A stretch of DNA of 63,999 bases, the filler included, from Asterionella formosa (taxonomy: Eukaryota): the NCBI GenBank assembly GCA_002256025.1. It is 12 parts of 12 records of this genome, joined end to end, with 100 filler letters (N's around TTAATTAATTAA, not from the genome) between each part and the next. Parts side by side here need not be neighbours in the genome. Positions count along the whole stretch, not along the records: positions 59,108 to 63,999 come from NKIB01013308.1; 11 more parts are not named here. The stretch is one strand, 5' to 3'. Each line of letters begins with the position of its first letter. Positions within the stretch are counted from its first letter, which is position 1. The notes under the pieces are model-generated. The model did no database searches. It was given only the letters and a program-made list of their open reading frames with translations, and was not told the origin of the DNA. This document shows positions 62,921 to 63,999 of this stretch, in pieces. Position numbers and translations under genes: made by a program.

Positions 62921-63999
62921 CACAATGAATCTCACTAGACTATTGAATACTATAGAACGTCACATTGTTCGAAAGAAGCAAAGGAAGATACGTAGTAAGT
63001 TTGGTTCCTAATTCTTATGCCAAATGAGAATGTTTAATTTGTCAATATTGAAATTCATGTTCACTAGACTGGAGTGAAGTTCAATTGTCTTGCAACATCT
63101 TTCATTGACCTTTTAGACACATAAAATGCGCACTAGTATCGATGAGTTAATTGGATTTCAAGCAATTCAAGGCTGCAAGTCATGTACGCTTCATGGCTTC
63201 TTCCATTTCCGACCTACACACTCAAGCGATGATTGAGAAAACTACAAGTCTTTCCTAACTTAGTCTATCTATTCAGGAGTTAGTGAGACTTGTGGCAGGA
63301 TCCGGAATCAAAATGGGTCAACGATCTCAAAACTTTTCCCAGATAAATCTAAAACGCCAGTCACCGCAAAAACATCAGGAGGCTCAAACCCCGCCTAATC
63401 TACTCTAAAATCACAGGAAGAAGAAAGAGAGCTAGCTAACCTCATGCAATCGCCAAGTCGGTTAGCATCTCCTGAGGATATGGAGGAAATAGAAACCATG
63501 GAACAAATTGAACAATCATAATGGCAAATGGCAAGATGCGCAGTCAAGAAAGCACGAAAAAATATGGCAAAAATCGAATTGCATAAAGAGCCACCGCCTC
63601 TAGAGGACTCGGACACAGACATGGAGGACTTCGATTATGCAGTCGGTTGTTTATTCAGGCAACGTGGCGAATCAAAGGGTAGGAGAAACAAGAAGAAACA
63701 ACATCTCATTCCAACATGCAGTACAAAACATGGATCAACATAGCGATTTAGAAATAACTCAAGAAATAGAAAATCGAGAACCAAGCCGGCTCGCTGATCA
63801 TTCCAAAAACCAGATATAAAATGAGAGAGACAACCCATCCAAATTGTGGTTATCATCAGCGTCCGACCGAGAAGAAGAAGAAGAAAGACAACGCAAAGGG
63901 AGAAAATCTGGAGAAGAGTGACTTGGGCCAGCGAGACTGGATTCTAACACCAAACCAGAATACCAAAAACGGGGCAACATCGAGAAATGCAAGAACAAA

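Noticed and set aside
63200..63999. Acidic/basic low-complexity ORF fragments
   Set aside because: Interrupted by stops, truncated by the window end, and without a diagnostic motif.

Overview
This is eukaryotic, almost certainly diatom, nuclear DNA: it has a nucleus-encoded PsbQ' with an AF-type bipartite presequence, short GT-AG introns and CoDi-like Ty1/Copia relics. The window is not contiguous. Twelve unrelated contigs of about 5.26-5.29 kb, sorted by decreasing length (the last cut off by the window end), are joined by eleven artificial 100-bp spacers (N44-TTAATTAATTAA-N44), so adjacency across a spacer means nothing. Recognisable genes: STI1/HOP, a GcvH-like protein lacking the lipoyl lysine, an RNI-like LRR protein with a frameshift, a P5-type ATPase with a Cys-rich N-terminal domain, a KICS2/C12orf66-like protein, an LRR-IRAK/Pelle-like kinase-RING-like protein and its decayed tandem-kinase paralogue, a SAPS/PP6R-like protein, PsbQ' and a Kir-like K+ channel. 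Much of the rest is mobile DNA: four Copia fragments, two probable tyrosine-recombinase (Crypton-like) relics, at least four unclassified terminal-repeat families and a 191/192-bp satellite-like array. GGTACC(A/T)-rich tracts recur just upstream of host genes. All family assignments come from motif recognition by eye; no database search was run.
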